Of a stretch of DNA of 64,000 nt, positions 1 through 9,512 are shown in pieces. This DNA is from an uncultured Acidimicrobiales bacterium. Lineage in GTDB: Bacteria > Actinomycetota > Acidimicrobiia > Acidimicrobiales > SHLQ01. The notes below the pieces were generated by a model. That model was not told where the DNA came from and ran no database searches. It saw only the letters and a list, made by a program, of their open reading frames with translations. The stretch's first letter is position 1; each line of letters opens with the position of its first letter. The DNA lies in assembly GCA_905479685.1 (NCBI GenBank), contig CAJQNJ010000006.1, positions 20,111 to 84,110 on the forward strand, given 5' to 3'. A program made the position numbers and the translations under genes.

Positions 1-50
1 CGGTAGCTCGCGAGTGACAACACAGCCGTTCGAACTCGTCCAATCGTCAT
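1..50 (-). CDS. partial 5' end of an unidentified gene running off the left edge
   Basis: ATG at 50-48 (minus) with GAGGAGG (57-63) 6 nt upstream. The frame MTIGRVRTAVLSLASY stays open to the window edge. Too short for a functional call. Confidence 0.25.
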   Translation of the reverse strand, partial: MTIGRVRTAVLSLASY

Positions 51-200
51 TGATGACCTCCTCGGCTCAACGCTTCCACATCACCCGCCGATAGACACAC
101 CTCGGTGTGTGACTGCCTCGATTCATGACAGCCGCGCTATCGTGGAAGTACAGCGAGACGTGTACGCCACTCGTCGGTAGCTGCAGGCGATGTTCGACCG

Positions 201-3200
201 ATGTCGAATCCCAGCCGAACACCACAGTTCGTCACTCTGACCCCGGTTCGAGTGCGGCCGTGGAATCGAAGACAAGGACAGCACGATCGTTGTCCTGACG
301 TGTGCAGCTTCCCGTGGCCGATCCATGACAGCTCCACACAACACCACAGGAGAATCCTCATCGCTACCATCGGGCAACAAGCAGATCTCGACGAGATTGC
401 GCAGGCCAACCTCGACGGCCTCGCAACTCCCGCTCAGCGCAAGATGCTCGAATCCGACCCCAAGGGGTGGGCAACGAGCCTCTGGCGCCTTCTCGACGAC
501 GCCGACGCCGCTCTCGAGCGGGCGCGACGAACCGTTCGCGGGCCAGAACGAGCGAACGTTCTGAACGACCTGGACGATGAGTGCTACCGCATTGATGAAG
601 CGCTGACTGCCCTCCTCGGACCACCATCTGACGATGAGCTGACGCCTGCCCCACCCGAACCGCCAGCACCTCGCGAGAAGAACGGAGTCGCTCTTCTCCA
701 ACTGTCATGGAACGACGGTCAGCTGGTTGCCTGGATGGCCGGCCACGAGGCACGCTACGAACAAGAAGACGTGATCCGTGAACTCCTCGAATCCACTGGC
801 GGAGGGGCAATCGCGTGGGAGAGCCGAAGTCCGCTACGTATCCCAACTGGCCAGCGGGTGCCGTGCCTCACCGCCCCAGTCAATGCAGCGCTCGGATGGC
901 TCGTCGCACAGGCACGACCAACCCACGACAAACGAATCGGTCCGAGTGTCCGCTGGATGGGTCTCGCCGCCGCTACGGCGATCTCAGCGGTGGCTCAAGG
1001 CCGCATGGCTCCCCAACTCCGCCAATCCCGGCGGGCTGGGAAGAAGGGCGAGCTGGCGACGTTCTCCGTGCGATGGTTGCCAGGGTTGATCGACTCGGAC
1101 AATCTGGCGAGTCTCGTCAGTTCCGTTCCAGGAGCCGCGATGGTCGGACAACAACGACAAGAACCATTGTCGTTCACGACTGCGGTCATGGGCGACATCA
1201 CCAACACGATCGTGCACACCGCTGCCGCCCAGGTCGACGTTCCGGCGCCGCCACCTGAGGTCAGGGACCGAAACGACATCGCCGAGGCATTCCTCGGACG
1301 GCTCGACGGGTCCAGCTTCACCGCTCCCGATGCGGCGGGCGCCGAGATCTCTCGCCGCATCGACCGCTGGGCCGCCCCGGTCGTTGGGACGAAGAACCCT
1401 CGCCTCACCGTGCAGCTCAGCCCACCGGACGAATCGAACGCCTGGTTCGCCGCCGTCCTCGGCACGTCTTCGGCAGGTGTCCTCGAACCGTTCGAAGTTG
1501 TTCTCGCCGAGGCCTCGAAAGAGCGGTCGCGTCTGTTCGAGCACCAAGCATCGCGCCTCGAGCGACTCTTCCCCGCGCTTCTCCGGCCTGGAGGTCGCCG
1601 CCGCGGCGAGGTCATGTTGAGTCAGGAAGAAGCGTGGCAGCTCATGACCGAAGTCGGCCCGGTCTTGACCGCAGCCGGATTCGACGTGCGTGTTCCACCA
1701 TTGTCGAGGAAGCGAACACCGCCCTCGCTTCGCCTCACCGCTGAAGAAGCTGAAGAGAGCGTTGTGGGCGCACAGCAGCTCGCGAATGTGCGCTGGTCGG
1801 CGGTCTTCGATGACGTCGAGCTGACGGCCGCAGACATCGCTCGTCTTGCGGCGCAAGCTCGGCCCCTCGTGAAGTCGAGAGGTCAATGGATCGAGCTCGA
1901 TCAAGTCGACTTGGCCGAGGCGGCTGCCGCATTGGCGGATCGGGCCGATCAGACAAAGCTCTCGGGCGCCGACATGTTGCGACATGCCATGGGTCTCGAG
2001 GGAAGTCCATTGGCGGGCGGCATCAACATCGCTGGCGACGGGTGGGCTGCGGAACTGCTCCGAAGCATGCACAACCTCCCCGATGATCCCGACACGAAGC
2101 CGGACGGCTTCGTGGGTGAGCTGCGGAGTTATCAGGCCGATGCGCTGTCGTGGCTCAACTTTCTCGACGACGCAGGCCTCGGTGGTTGCCTGGCCCTCGA
2201 CATGGGCCTCGGCAAGACCCCAACGACGCTCGCCGCGTTGTACGCAAATCGACAACACGGTCCAGGACTCGTGATTGCGCCGCCCGCAGTCGTCGGAAAC
2301 TGGGCGGCGGAAGCTCAAAAGTTCATGCCGGACCTTTCCGTGTACGTTCACCACGGGGCAACCAGAGCCAAGGGCGACCTCGATGACTCTTTTGACGATG
2401 TCGACGTCGTGATCACCACCTACGGAACGGCCGTCCGCGACATGGACAAGCTGTCCAAGATCTCGTGGGGAAAGGTCGTCATCGACGAGGCGCAAGCGAT
2501 CAAGAACCCTGCCGCAGAAACATCACAGCAGCTCCGCCGACTCGACGCTCGCACCCGGGTCGCCCTCACGGGAACGCCGATCGAGAACGGTCTCGGCGAC
2601 CTGTGGGCGATCATGGACTGGGCGAACGCCGGTCTGGTCGGGCCTCGAGCGCAATTCATCGCTCAGCTGACTCCGGCACGTAAGTCGTCGGGAACCAAGG
2701 GCGGCGAGGAAGCCTTGAAGGCACTCAATGGCATCTTGGTGTACCGCCGAACCAAGACCGAACCCGAAATTGCCGCCGAGTTGCCGGACCGGATCGACGA
2801 GCTCGATCACTGCGCAATGACGCCCGAGCAGATCGGTCTGTACCAAGCCGTGATCGACAACCTCGTGCTGGAGACCTCAGGCCGAGAGGCTGGCACTCCC
2901 GAGCGTAAGGGTGCTGTGCTGTCTGCGATCACCGCCTTGAAGCAGATCTGCAACCATCCGGTGAACTACCAGACCGACGACAAACCACTCGAAGGACGAT
3001 CTGGCAAACTTTCCCGTCTCAACGAGATCATGGACTCGGTGTTCGCGTCGGATGAGAAGATGCTGATCTTCACGCACTTCGCAACGTGGGGTGAACGCTT
3101 GGCCGACTACCTGACCGAACGCACCGGAAAGAAGATTGATTGTTATCACGGCGGTCTGGCCCGAGGGGCACGCGATCGAATGATCGACGAGTTTCAAGCT

Positions 3201-3611
3201 GGTGAAGGTGCTGGTGCGCTCGTGCTCTCACTCAAGGCAGGCGGTACGGGTCTCAATCTGACCGCTGCCAACCACGTGGTTCTCTATGACCGTTGGTGGA
3301 ACCCAGCAGTGGAGGATCAGGCTCGCGACCGCGCTTGGCGAATTGGCCAGACCAAGACAGTGATCGCACACCGCCTGGTGTGCCCCGGTACCGTCGACGA
3401 ACGCGTCGAAGAAGTGGTTGCCGGAAAACGCCAGATCGCCAATCTCGTGTTGCCGAAATCGAGTTCGGTCGGCGATCTCGATGCCGAACAGTTGCAGGTC
3501 GCGCTCGGAATCGATGCTGACCTGCTGATGAGCGCAGAGATCAGCACCGACGATGCAGTCGCTGACCTGACAACCCAGTTGGACGCTGAACCCGTCGGGG
3601 TGAGCTCATGA
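201..3611 (+). CDS. SNF2-family DEAD/DEAH helicase (HelZ-like) with a long N-terminal accessory region
   Basis: The C-terminal half carries LALDMGLGKT (motif I), DEAQAIKN (motif II), SLKAGGTGLNLT and WWNPAVEDQARDRAWRIGQ (motifs V/VI). The true start is uncertain; there is no ATG between 201 and about 466. Confidence 0.88.
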   Translation: MSNPSRTPQFVTLTPVRVRPWNRRQGQHDRCPDVCSFPWPIHDSSTQHHRRILIATIGQQADLDEIAQANLDGLATPAQRKMLESDPKGWATSLWRLLDDADAALERARRTVRGPERANVLNDLDDECYRIDEALTALLGPPSDDELTPAPPEPPAPREKNGVALLQLSWNDGQLVAWMAGHEARYEQEDVIRELLESTGGGAIAWESRSPLRIPTGQRVPCLTAPVNAALGWLVAQARPTHDKRIGPSVRWMGLAAATAISAVAQGRMAPQLRQSRRAGKKGELATFSVRWLPGLIDSDNLASLVSSVPGAAMVGQQRQEPLSFTTAVMGDITNTIVHTAAAQVDVPAPPPEVRDRNDIAEAFLGRLDGSSFTAPDAAGAEISRRIDRWAAPVVGTKNPRLTVQLSPPDESNAWFAAVLGTSSAGVLEPFEVVLAEASKERSRLFEHQASRLERLFPALLRPGGRRRGEVMLSQEEAWQLMTEVGPVLTAAGFDVRVPPLSRKRTPPSLRLTAEEAEESVVGAQQLANVRWSAVFDDVELTAADIARLAAQARPLVKSRGQWIELDQVDLAEAAAALADRADQTKLSGADMLRHAMGLEGSPLAGGINIAGDGWAAELLRSMHNLPDDPDTKPDGFVGELRSYQADALSWLNFLDDAGLGGCLALDMGLGKTPTTLAALYANRQHGPGLVIAPPAVVGNWAAEAQKFMPDLSVYVHHGATRAKGDLDDSFDDVDVVITTYGTAVRDMDKLSKISWGKVVIDEAQAIKNPAAETSQQLRRLDARTRVALTGTPIENGLGDLWAIMDWANAGLVGPRAQFIAQLTPARKSSGTKGGEEALKALNGILVYRRTKTEPEIAAELPDRIDELDHCAMTPEQIGLYQAVIDNLVLETSGREAGTPERKGAVLSAITALKQICNHPVNYQTDDKPLEGRSGKLSRLNEIMDSVFASDEKMLIFTHFATWGERLADYLTERTGKKIDCYHGGLARGARDRMIDEFQAGEGAGALVLSLKAGGTGLNLTAANHVVLYDRWWNPAVEDQARDRAWRIGQTKTVIAHRLVCPGTVDERVEEVVAGKRQIANLVLPKSSSVGDLDAEQLQVALGIDADLLMSAEISTDDAVADLTTQLDAEPVGVSS

Positions 3612-3991
3612 GTACTCCACCGGCCAGCAACAATCGAAGCCGCAAGAAACGCAAGAAGTCCGGTTCGGGAGGAAAGAAGAAGTTTGACCCAGTGGCGTTC
3701 TGGGGCACACCGGACTCGATCCCGACCCCCGAGGGATTCGAGACATCGACTCCTGACTCGGTCGCAGTCGTCAACTCTCTCGGTCAGCCGCCACTCCCAG
3801 GCCATGGCGCCGCATCACCGCACTACTTCAAGCTGGTCTATGACCGGTCGACCCAACTCGCTGCGGCATTGGCTATGGCTGGCGGCATCGAAGACCTCGC
3901 TCCCGAAGATCTCCCCGAGGCCGAGCCGGGCAACGAAGCCGAACTCATCGAGAACTCTGCCGACGAACCGTCCTCCAACGAAGAGGAATAG
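3608..3991 (+). CDS. hypothetical protein with a Lys-rich N-terminus and an acidic C-terminus
   Basis: ATGA stop/start overlap with the SNF2 gene (3608-3611). Contains RSRKKRKKSGSGGKKK near the N-terminus, and 14 of the last 33 residues are D/E. GC3-rich codon usage. No domain recognised. Confidence 0.5.
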   Translation: MSTPPASNNRSRKKRKKSGSGGKKKFDPVAFWGTPDSIPTPEGFETSTPDSVAVVNSLGQPPLPGHGAASPHYFKLVYDRSTQLAAALAMAGGIEDLAPEDLPEAEPGNEAELIENSADEPSSNEEE

Positions 3992-4022
3992 CGACAGTCG
4001 TCAGCGACTCGGCGAGTCCGGC

Positions 4023-4493
4023 TCACGCACGATGCAGCATTGCCTCGAGATGGTGCTGCAATGGCAGACCCACTGCAGCCATTTCGACTCGGTAGGACAA
4101 CCGATCACCATCGACGGTGACGAAACGATGCACCTCAGCCACTTGTTTCGCTGTCGGAGTGACGATCACCGATTCGGATCGTGCATGGATCGACCTACCC
4201 TCGACTGTGCCGCCGTGTAGTTCGAGAATTCCACTTGGTTGAGCGATCACCAGCTCGATTCTGTTCGTGCCGACGGGCCGTAGATAACCCGACTCTGAGT
4301 GAAGGGGAAGTCCTGTCTGGGCATCTTTCGTCCGTTGCACATACGACAAGAACGGCTTGCCGACATGACCGATCTCGACCTGCTCGGTGTACTCGAAGGA
4401 ATCGATGGTCGGGTATCGACCTGCCCCTGACCCCGCCCAGGTACCGACCAGCCAGCTCAGATGTGCGATATCAGCATGTAGTGCAGGACCCAT
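4023..4493 (-). CDS. nitrobindin / THAP4-like heme-binding beta-barrel (FABP family, DUF1794) protein
   Basis: The LSWLVGTWAGSGAGRYP N-terminal motif and a size of about 155 aa are typical of the actinobacterial nitrobindin family. Confidence 0.75.
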   Translation of the reverse strand: MGPALHADIAHLSWLVGTWAGSGAGRYPTIDSFEYTEQVEIGHVGKPFLSYVQRTKDAQTGLPLHSESGYLRPVGTNRIELVIAQPSGILELHGGTVEGRSIHARSESVIVTPTAKQVAEVHRFVTVDGDRLSYRVEMAAVGLPLQHHLEAMLHRA

Positions 4494-4585
4494 CCGTACC
4501 GTTCTAGACCCGATCTGTCCGCTGGGGAACGTTGGGCAGCCAGGTTGTCTGGCAACGCGAGACAGTCTCGACCGAAGTCGCGAGA

Positions 4586-7102
4586 TCAGAGCCAGGGGCG
4601 AAGCTGCACGAGAGCGTCGACCATACGACCGGGAATCTCGATCTGCCAGGTGCCCTCGTTGATCCAGGCAGCCGTAGCCAACTCCCCAGCTTCGACCTCA
4701 TCAGCGGGTCGGTACGCCCACGCCATGCCAACAGCCGCATCGACGGTGTGACCCCACATGCCACCGGTCACGTAGCCCACGCGCAGACCGTCTCTGTACA
4801 GCGGTTCATTGTGGTGGAGAAGAACGGATTCATCATGGACGGCTACCTGCACGAGGCGTCGGGTGTTGCCCTTCGTCTTCTGCGCGACCAGCGCCTCCTT
4901 ACCGACAAAGTCCTTCTCCCAATCCACGGCAAAGGAGAGCCCAGCCTGCAGGGGTGTGTCGTCCGGAGTGAGTTCATGCCCCCAGTGTCGATACCCCTTC
5001 TCGAACCGCAGCGAGTTGAGCGTGTGATAGCCGGCCAGTTCCATTCCGAGCGGAGTGCCCGCGTCCATGAGCTGGTCGAACACGTGCACGGCGAATTCAG
5101 TCGGAACAAAGAGCTCCCAACCAAGCTCGCCCACGTAGCTCATCCGATTTGCGCGCACGTGACACCCGCCAGCGTCGATCAGTTGATTCGTCGCGAACGG
5201 GAACGCCTTGTCTGACATGTCCGCCTGTGTGACGCCCTGGACGATCTCACGAGACCCAGGGCCCATGACGGCCAGAACGGCAAACGCCGACGTGATGTCA
5301 GTAACGGTGGCGTTCGCCGCGCGCTCTCCTCCTTCTCCATCTGCATGTGAAGCAAGGGCACGTTCGATCGCGAGAAGGTCTCGCGATCGGGTACCAGCGC
5401 CACCAATGACCCAGAATTCCCGCTCGGAAATTCGACTGATCGTCAGGTCGGCCTCGATACCGCCATGGCGGTTCAGCCATTGGGTGTACACCGAACCTCC
5501 CACCTCGCCAGCAACAGGACCAGATGACATGCGACTCAGCACCGCGGCAGCGTCACGCCCCTGGACCAGGAATTTGGCGAACGAGCTGAGGTCGAATAGT
5601 CCTGCCGTTTCTCGCACCGCGTTGTGTTCGAGCTCGTTCGCCTCGTGCCAGTTCTGCCGACCCCAGGAGTATTCGTAACGAGCCTCGATGCCGAGCTCGG
5701 GGCGAGCGAAGAAGTTGGGTCGTTCCCATCCCATCATCGAGCCGAAACATGCTCCCTTTTCCTCGAGCCGATCGTGCAGAGGTGATCGCCGGATGTCGCG
5801 GCCGGTCTCGTATTGACGATGCGGCCAGTGCGGCGCATAGAGAAGCCCGAGACCTTCGACTGTCCGATCACGCAAGAACTTCTCCGTGCCATGAAACGGC
5901 TCGAACCGGCCGATGTCGACATCGGCCAGGTCGATGTGCGGCTCGCCGTTGACGATCCAGTGAGCCAAAGCCATTCCAGCCCCACCTGCGGACTGGATGC
6001 CGATGGAGTTGAACCCAGCGGCGACGAACATGCCCCGCAGGTTGGGAGCTTCGCCAAGGATGTAGCTGTTGTCGGGAGTGAAGCTCTCCGGACCATCGAA
6101 GATCAAGCGCAGGCCGGTTTCATGGATGATCGGGATGCGATCGAATGTAGCGGGCAAGAACTCGGCCAAGTGATCAGAAGCAGGCTCGAGGGTGATGAAC
6201 GACTTGTCCGTGGGCGGCGGACCTGCCGCTGGCCATGGGCTGGCGACTGGCTCGAAGAGACCGACCAACATTGAGCCACCTGCTTCTGGCTTCAGGTACG
6301 CAAAGTGATCGGGGTCCCGAAGGATCGGCCATTCGGCATCGAGCCCCTCGATCGGTTCGGTGACCACGTAGTAGTGATGCGCTGCGTGAAGTGGTACCTG
6401 CACGCCATGCTTGGCCGCGAGGTGCCTGGTCCACAGTCCGCACGCCAACACGACCGTGTCGCACTCGATGCGCTCACCGTTGTCGGTGATCACTCCAACC
6501 ACTCGACCGTCTTCGACGATCAGATCGTCGACGCCGGTGCCCTCGTACATGTTGGCGCCACCCATTCGAGCACCCTTCGCAAGCGCTTGGGTTACGTCGG
6601 AGGGCCCGACAGCGCCATCCTGAGGCAGCCAGATTCCTCCTGCGACATCGCTGACCTCGCACATCGGGAACTTGTCCTGAATCTCCCTGGGACCGATCTC
6701 CTCGGCCTCCACCCCGAGGTAGCGCGCCATCGCCGCCGTGCGACGGAGTTCTTCCCACCGTGTCGCCGTGCTCGCTAGCGAGATGGCGCCAGGTGCCCGA
6801 AATCCCGTTGCCTGGCCGGTTTCGTTCTCCAGGTTCTTGTAGAGCTCGAGACTGTATTGGGCAAGTCGGGTGAGGTTTTCGGTCGCACGAAGTTGTGCGA
6901 CGAGACCTGCGGCGTGCCACGTCGTGCCGCTGGTGAGTTCGTGGCGTTCAAGGATTGCGACATCGGTGACGCCGAGCTTCGTGAGATGGTATGCAACGGA
7001 CGCACCGACGATGCCACCACCAACGACGACAACCTGCGCCCGATCAGGCAACGCCGACGATGTTGGACTCTCGACCGGAAGTGTCGCAGGTGGAGACGAC
7101 AT
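4586..7102 (-). CDS. FAD-dependent oxidoreductase fused to a GcvT-type folate-binding domain (dimethylglycine oxidase / sarcosine dehydrogenase family)
   Basis: N-terminal dinucleotide fold VVVVGGGIVGASVAYHL (DAO domain) plus a C-terminal aminomethyltransferase-like region. The 838-aa architecture matches DMGO-type enzymes. Confidence 0.85.
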   Translation of the reverse strand: MSSPPATLPVESPTSSALPDRAQVVVVGGGIVGASVAYHLTKLGVTDVAILERHELTSGTTWHAAGLVAQLRATENLTRLAQYSLELYKNLENETGQATGFRAPGAISLASTATRWEELRRTAAMARYLGVEAEEIGPREIQDKFPMCEVSDVAGGIWLPQDGAVGPSDVTQALAKGARMGGANMYEGTGVDDLIVEDGRVVGVITDNGERIECDTVVLACGLWTRHLAAKHGVQVPLHAAHHYYVVTEPIEGLDAEWPILRDPDHFAYLKPEAGGSMLVGLFEPVASPWPAAGPPPTDKSFITLEPASDHLAEFLPATFDRIPIIHETGLRLIFDGPESFTPDNSYILGEAPNLRGMFVAAGFNSIGIQSAGGAGMALAHWIVNGEPHIDLADVDIGRFEPFHGTEKFLRDRTVEGLGLLYAPHWPHRQYETGRDIRRSPLHDRLEEKGACFGSMMGWERPNFFARPELGIEARYEYSWGRQNWHEANELEHNAVRETAGLFDLSSFAKFLVQGRDAAAVLSRMSSGPVAGEVGGSVYTQWLNRHGGIEADLTISRISEREFWVIGGAGTRSRDLLAIERALASHADGEGGERAANATVTDITSAFAVLAVMGPGSREIVQGVTQADMSDKAFPFATNQLIDAGGCHVRANRMSYVGELGWELFVPTEFAVHVFDQLMDAGTPLGMELAGYHTLNSLRFEKGYRHWGHELTPDDTPLQAGLSFAVDWEKDFVGKEALVAQKTKGNTRRLVQVAVHDESVLLHHNEPLYRDGLRVGYVTGGMWGHTVDAAVGMAWAYRPADEVEAGELATAAWINEGTWQIEIPGRMVDALVQLRPWL

Positions 7103-7212
7103 TACTCAGCCTCGGAGTTGGTGGTTTGACGGGTCAAGCACTGATCCGTCGAGAACCGTTGCCCTTGCATCTTCGCTCACTGGTGATTCCTCGCTGCATT
7201 GCCTTGCTCGCT

Positions 7213-7229
7213 GGTGAGAGACTCTCACC
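7213..7229. promoter_or_regulatory. 17-bp palindrome GGTGAGAG-A-CTCTCACC in a divergent intergenic region
   Basis: Perfect 8-bp arms at 7213-7220 and 7222-7229, between the starts of the 7102(-) and 7342(+) genes. Confidence 0.4.
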
Positions 7230-7341
7230 TCACGACTCCGTACACACCCTTTCATGAGAGTTTGTGTCGCCAAGCACCCACGAGCCAACGTCGCGCTGCG
7301 TCACCTTCGGCCATCGTGACTAGAGTGCGTCAAGCGCGGCC

Positions 7342-8961
7342 ATGAAGGTGAAATTGTTGTCTCTCCAAGCTTCACGAGTTCCACGCTGTGTCGCCTTGCT
7401 GGCTCTGGCCATGGCAACGCTGGCGAGTCTCCTTGCCACCTCGCCTGCAGCCGCCGCAACGGCAACCGGGCAGATCAAGCAACAGAGGGCAACCGTGGAG
7501 GTCGCCATTTTTGCCAAAGGCGGAACTGGCTTGGAGCGAGTCGAGCTCCGGGTTGATGGCGAGACTGTCGCAAGCTTCTCGGTCACGACTCGGCTGAGCG
7601 AATACACCTACAGCACCACATCGACGATCGACAGCCGTTCATTGTCAGTGCACTTCGTCAACGACGCCCCGTCGGCGGGCACCGATCGCCGCGTCACCAT
7701 CGATCGCCTCGTCGTCAATGGTACGCAGTTCCAGACCGAGGCAGCGTCGGTCGAAATGCTCGGTGCGTGGGTGAATGGTTCGTGTAAGCGTCGCGGAATC
7801 CATCGGGCAGAAACCATGACGTGTAATGGGTACGCCAAGTTCGACATCGGTACCGCTGGACGACCCCAGCTTCCCCAGCCCGCCGCACCGAGGCGCGCAA
7901 AGCGGGACTTCCCCAAAGCTGGCAACAATGGACAGGTCGGTTGTATCCAGCGATGTCGAGTGGTTGGGTTTCAGGACTTCGACGGGAAGAAGGACGCGGT
8001 CCTCGAGAACGTCATCATCACGAACCCGAGCGGACCATGCCTTTCGCTTCGAGAGTCGGAGAACATCACTATTCGAAATGTCACACTTCGTAACTGTGCG
8101 AACAATCCCAACGGCGAGATCGCGCAGAAAAAGATCATCGACATCGTCAACTCGACCAACATCAAAATCGTGGGATCGCTGTTGACCGATAACGCATCTC
8201 GTTCGACGTCGAATCACGACCTCATCCATATCCACAACAGCACCGGGGTGAAGGTCTACAACAACGAAATTCGAAACGTCGCGAGCAATAGCAGAGGAGA
8301 TGACAGAGGCAACCGCGCGATCCTCATCACCGGGAGCAAATCGAAGAACGTCATGATCGACCGGAACAGTTTCTTCAGCCCAGGACGCAATGCAGTGCAG
8401 ATCAGTCGGGCGCGCCGGATCACCAACATTCGGATCACGAGAAACCGCATCGAAGGCCGCGCCCGCTGGAACAGCGACTTCGAAGACATGATCAACTTCT
8501 TCTCGACCACCGGCACCCCGGAGAGTCCTATCGTCGTACGCGGCAACTACATGCGCAACGGTGGACCGAGCGCTTCTGGCACCGCGATCATCCTCGGCGA
8601 TGGCCGAGGACGGTTTGGAACTGCGTACATCAACGTCGTGAAGAACGTGATCGTCGATCCGGGCCACGTCGGTATCAACGTCGCCGGCGGCCACCACTTC
8701 GTGGTCCGCGGCAACACGATCTACGGAGGAGCCGACGTCGGGCTCTGGACGGCCACGGGCCTCACGGTCAATCACTACCGCTACACCCCGGTGTGCCGAG
8801 ATCACAAGATCTACGGAAACCGAGTGTTTCTTCGCAACCAATTTCCACAGCATGACGGAACGAACCACACGTGGATCCCAGGAACGTGTACGAACAACGT
8901 GAGGATCCACAGCAACAGATTTGGTGATCGCACGCTGAGCTACGAAGTGTGGGACCTGTAG
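7342..8961 (+). CDS. secreted carbohydrate-binding module + right-handed parallel beta-helix protein (putative polysaccharide lyase/hydrolase)
   Basis: Signal peptide (LALAMATLASLLATSPAAAATA). CBM-like block (VHFVNDAPSAGTDRRVTIDRLVVNG). Repeated beta-helix turns (NITIRNVTLRNC, NIKIVGSLL, GVKVYNNEIRN, NVMIDRNSF, NIRITRNRIEG, FVVRGNTIYG). Confidence 0.7.
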   Translation: MKVKLLSLQASRVPRCVALLALAMATLASLLATSPAAAATATGQIKQQRATVEVAIFAKGGTGLERVELRVDGETVASFSVTTRLSEYTYSTTSTIDSRSLSVHFVNDAPSAGTDRRVTIDRLVVNGTQFQTEAASVEMLGAWVNGSCKRRGIHRAETMTCNGYAKFDIGTAGRPQLPQPAAPRRAKRDFPKAGNNGQVGCIQRCRVVGFQDFDGKKDAVLENVIITNPSGPCLSLRESENITIRNVTLRNCANNPNGEIAQKKIIDIVNSTNIKIVGSLLTDNASRSTSNHDLIHIHNSTGVKVYNNEIRNVASNSRGDDRGNRAILITGSKSKNVMIDRNSFFSPGRNAVQISRARRITNIRITRNRIEGRARWNSDFEDMINFFSTTGTPESPIVVRGNYMRNGGPSASGTAIILGDGRGRFGTAYINVVKNVIVDPGHVGINVAGGHHFVVRGNTIYGGADVGLWTATGLTVNHYRYTPVCRDHKIYGNRVFLRNQFPQHDGTNHTWIPGTCTNNVRIHSNRFGDRTLSYEVWDL

Positions 8962-8963
8962 CG

Positions 8964-9464
8964 TCAGCCCACGTCGGCGCCGTACATGCTCCCAAGCGAG
9001 TCGGCGAGGAGCTCGAGCCGTTCTCCATCGGGTCCCCTGAAATAGATCGACGTCTTGTAGTCGAAATCGATGGTGACCTCGTGTGCATTGAGTCGTTCGC
9101 GAAGCATCTCATGCTTCTCGGGCGACACCGAGATCGCAAGGTGATGCATACTCCCAAGCACCTCGGCATACGGACCGAGGTCCAACCCTGGAAAGTCAAA
9201 GAAGGCCAACAGGTTGCCATTTCCGATATCGAAGAAGAAGTGTGTCGACCCCGGATAGTCGCGGTTCTCGAAGAGTTCGGTGAGTGGGAAGCCGAGGATG
9301 CCTTGGTAGAACGCGATGGTCCTCTCGACGTCGGAAGACAGCAAGGCCAGATGATGCACACCGCGAGCGGTGGACTCGGCGCGCTCTGAGGCTGGCAGGA
9401 GATACTTTGCTCGCATCTGATCCCATTCTTCGGTTCGATCGACCTGCTCGGGATGTGTCGTCAT
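8964..9464 (-). CDS. VOC family protein (glyoxalase/bleomycin-resistance/dioxygenase fold)
   Basis: GVHHLALLSSDVERTIAFYQGILGF and HHLAISV motifs. I chose the ATG at 9464 because AAGGAG lies 7 nt upstream; the longest ORF extends to 9509. Confidence 0.8.
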   Translation of the reverse strand: MTTHPEQVDRTEEWDQMRAKYLLPASERAESTARGVHHLALLSSDVERTIAFYQGILGFPLTELFENRDYPGSTHFFFDIGNGNLLAFFDFPGLDLGPYAEVLGSMHHLAISVSPEKHEMLRERLNAHEVTIDFDYKTSIYFRGPDGERLELLADSLGSMYGADVG

Positions 9465-9512
9465 GTGTTTGCTCCTTTGGGCGTGGATGTCTTGTCTTGT
9501 CGCTGCCAACGG

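Noticed and set aside
95-110. Short hairpin ACACAC-CTCG-GTGTGT in the leftmost intergenic region.
   Set aside because: It has only a 6-bp stem with no U-tract, in a divergent promoter region. That is too weak to call as a terminator or operator.
984-2495. 503-aa antisense ORF inside the SNF2 gene. Similar long mirror ORFs occur elsewhere (7645-8910, 16613-17638, 29220-30194, 33252-34331, 43201-44109, 53531-54529, 62675-63802).
   Set aside because: All lie opposite genes with clear family motifs. They are Arg/Gly/Pro/Ser-rich low-complexity translations, lack ribosome-binding sites, and are the expected stop-codon-poor antisense frames of high-GC DNA.
7103-7341. Possible glycine riboswitch upstream of the GcvT-domain flavoprotein. 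On the minus strand, CACCAGCGAGCAAGGCAA and CACCAGUGAGCGAAGAUGCAAGGGCAA vaguely recall ACCGAAGGGGCAA.
   Set aside because: The other conserved glycine-aptamer elements (the GGAGAG P1 context and CUCAGGCAAAAGGAC-type 3' segments) are absent. The resemblance is too weak without a covariance-model score.
7342-8961. The lower-GC gene as part of a mobile element or genomic island.
   Set aside because: No integrase or transposase, flanking direct repeats or tRNA target is visible. Only a single gene is compositionally deviant, so I report it as possible HGT only.
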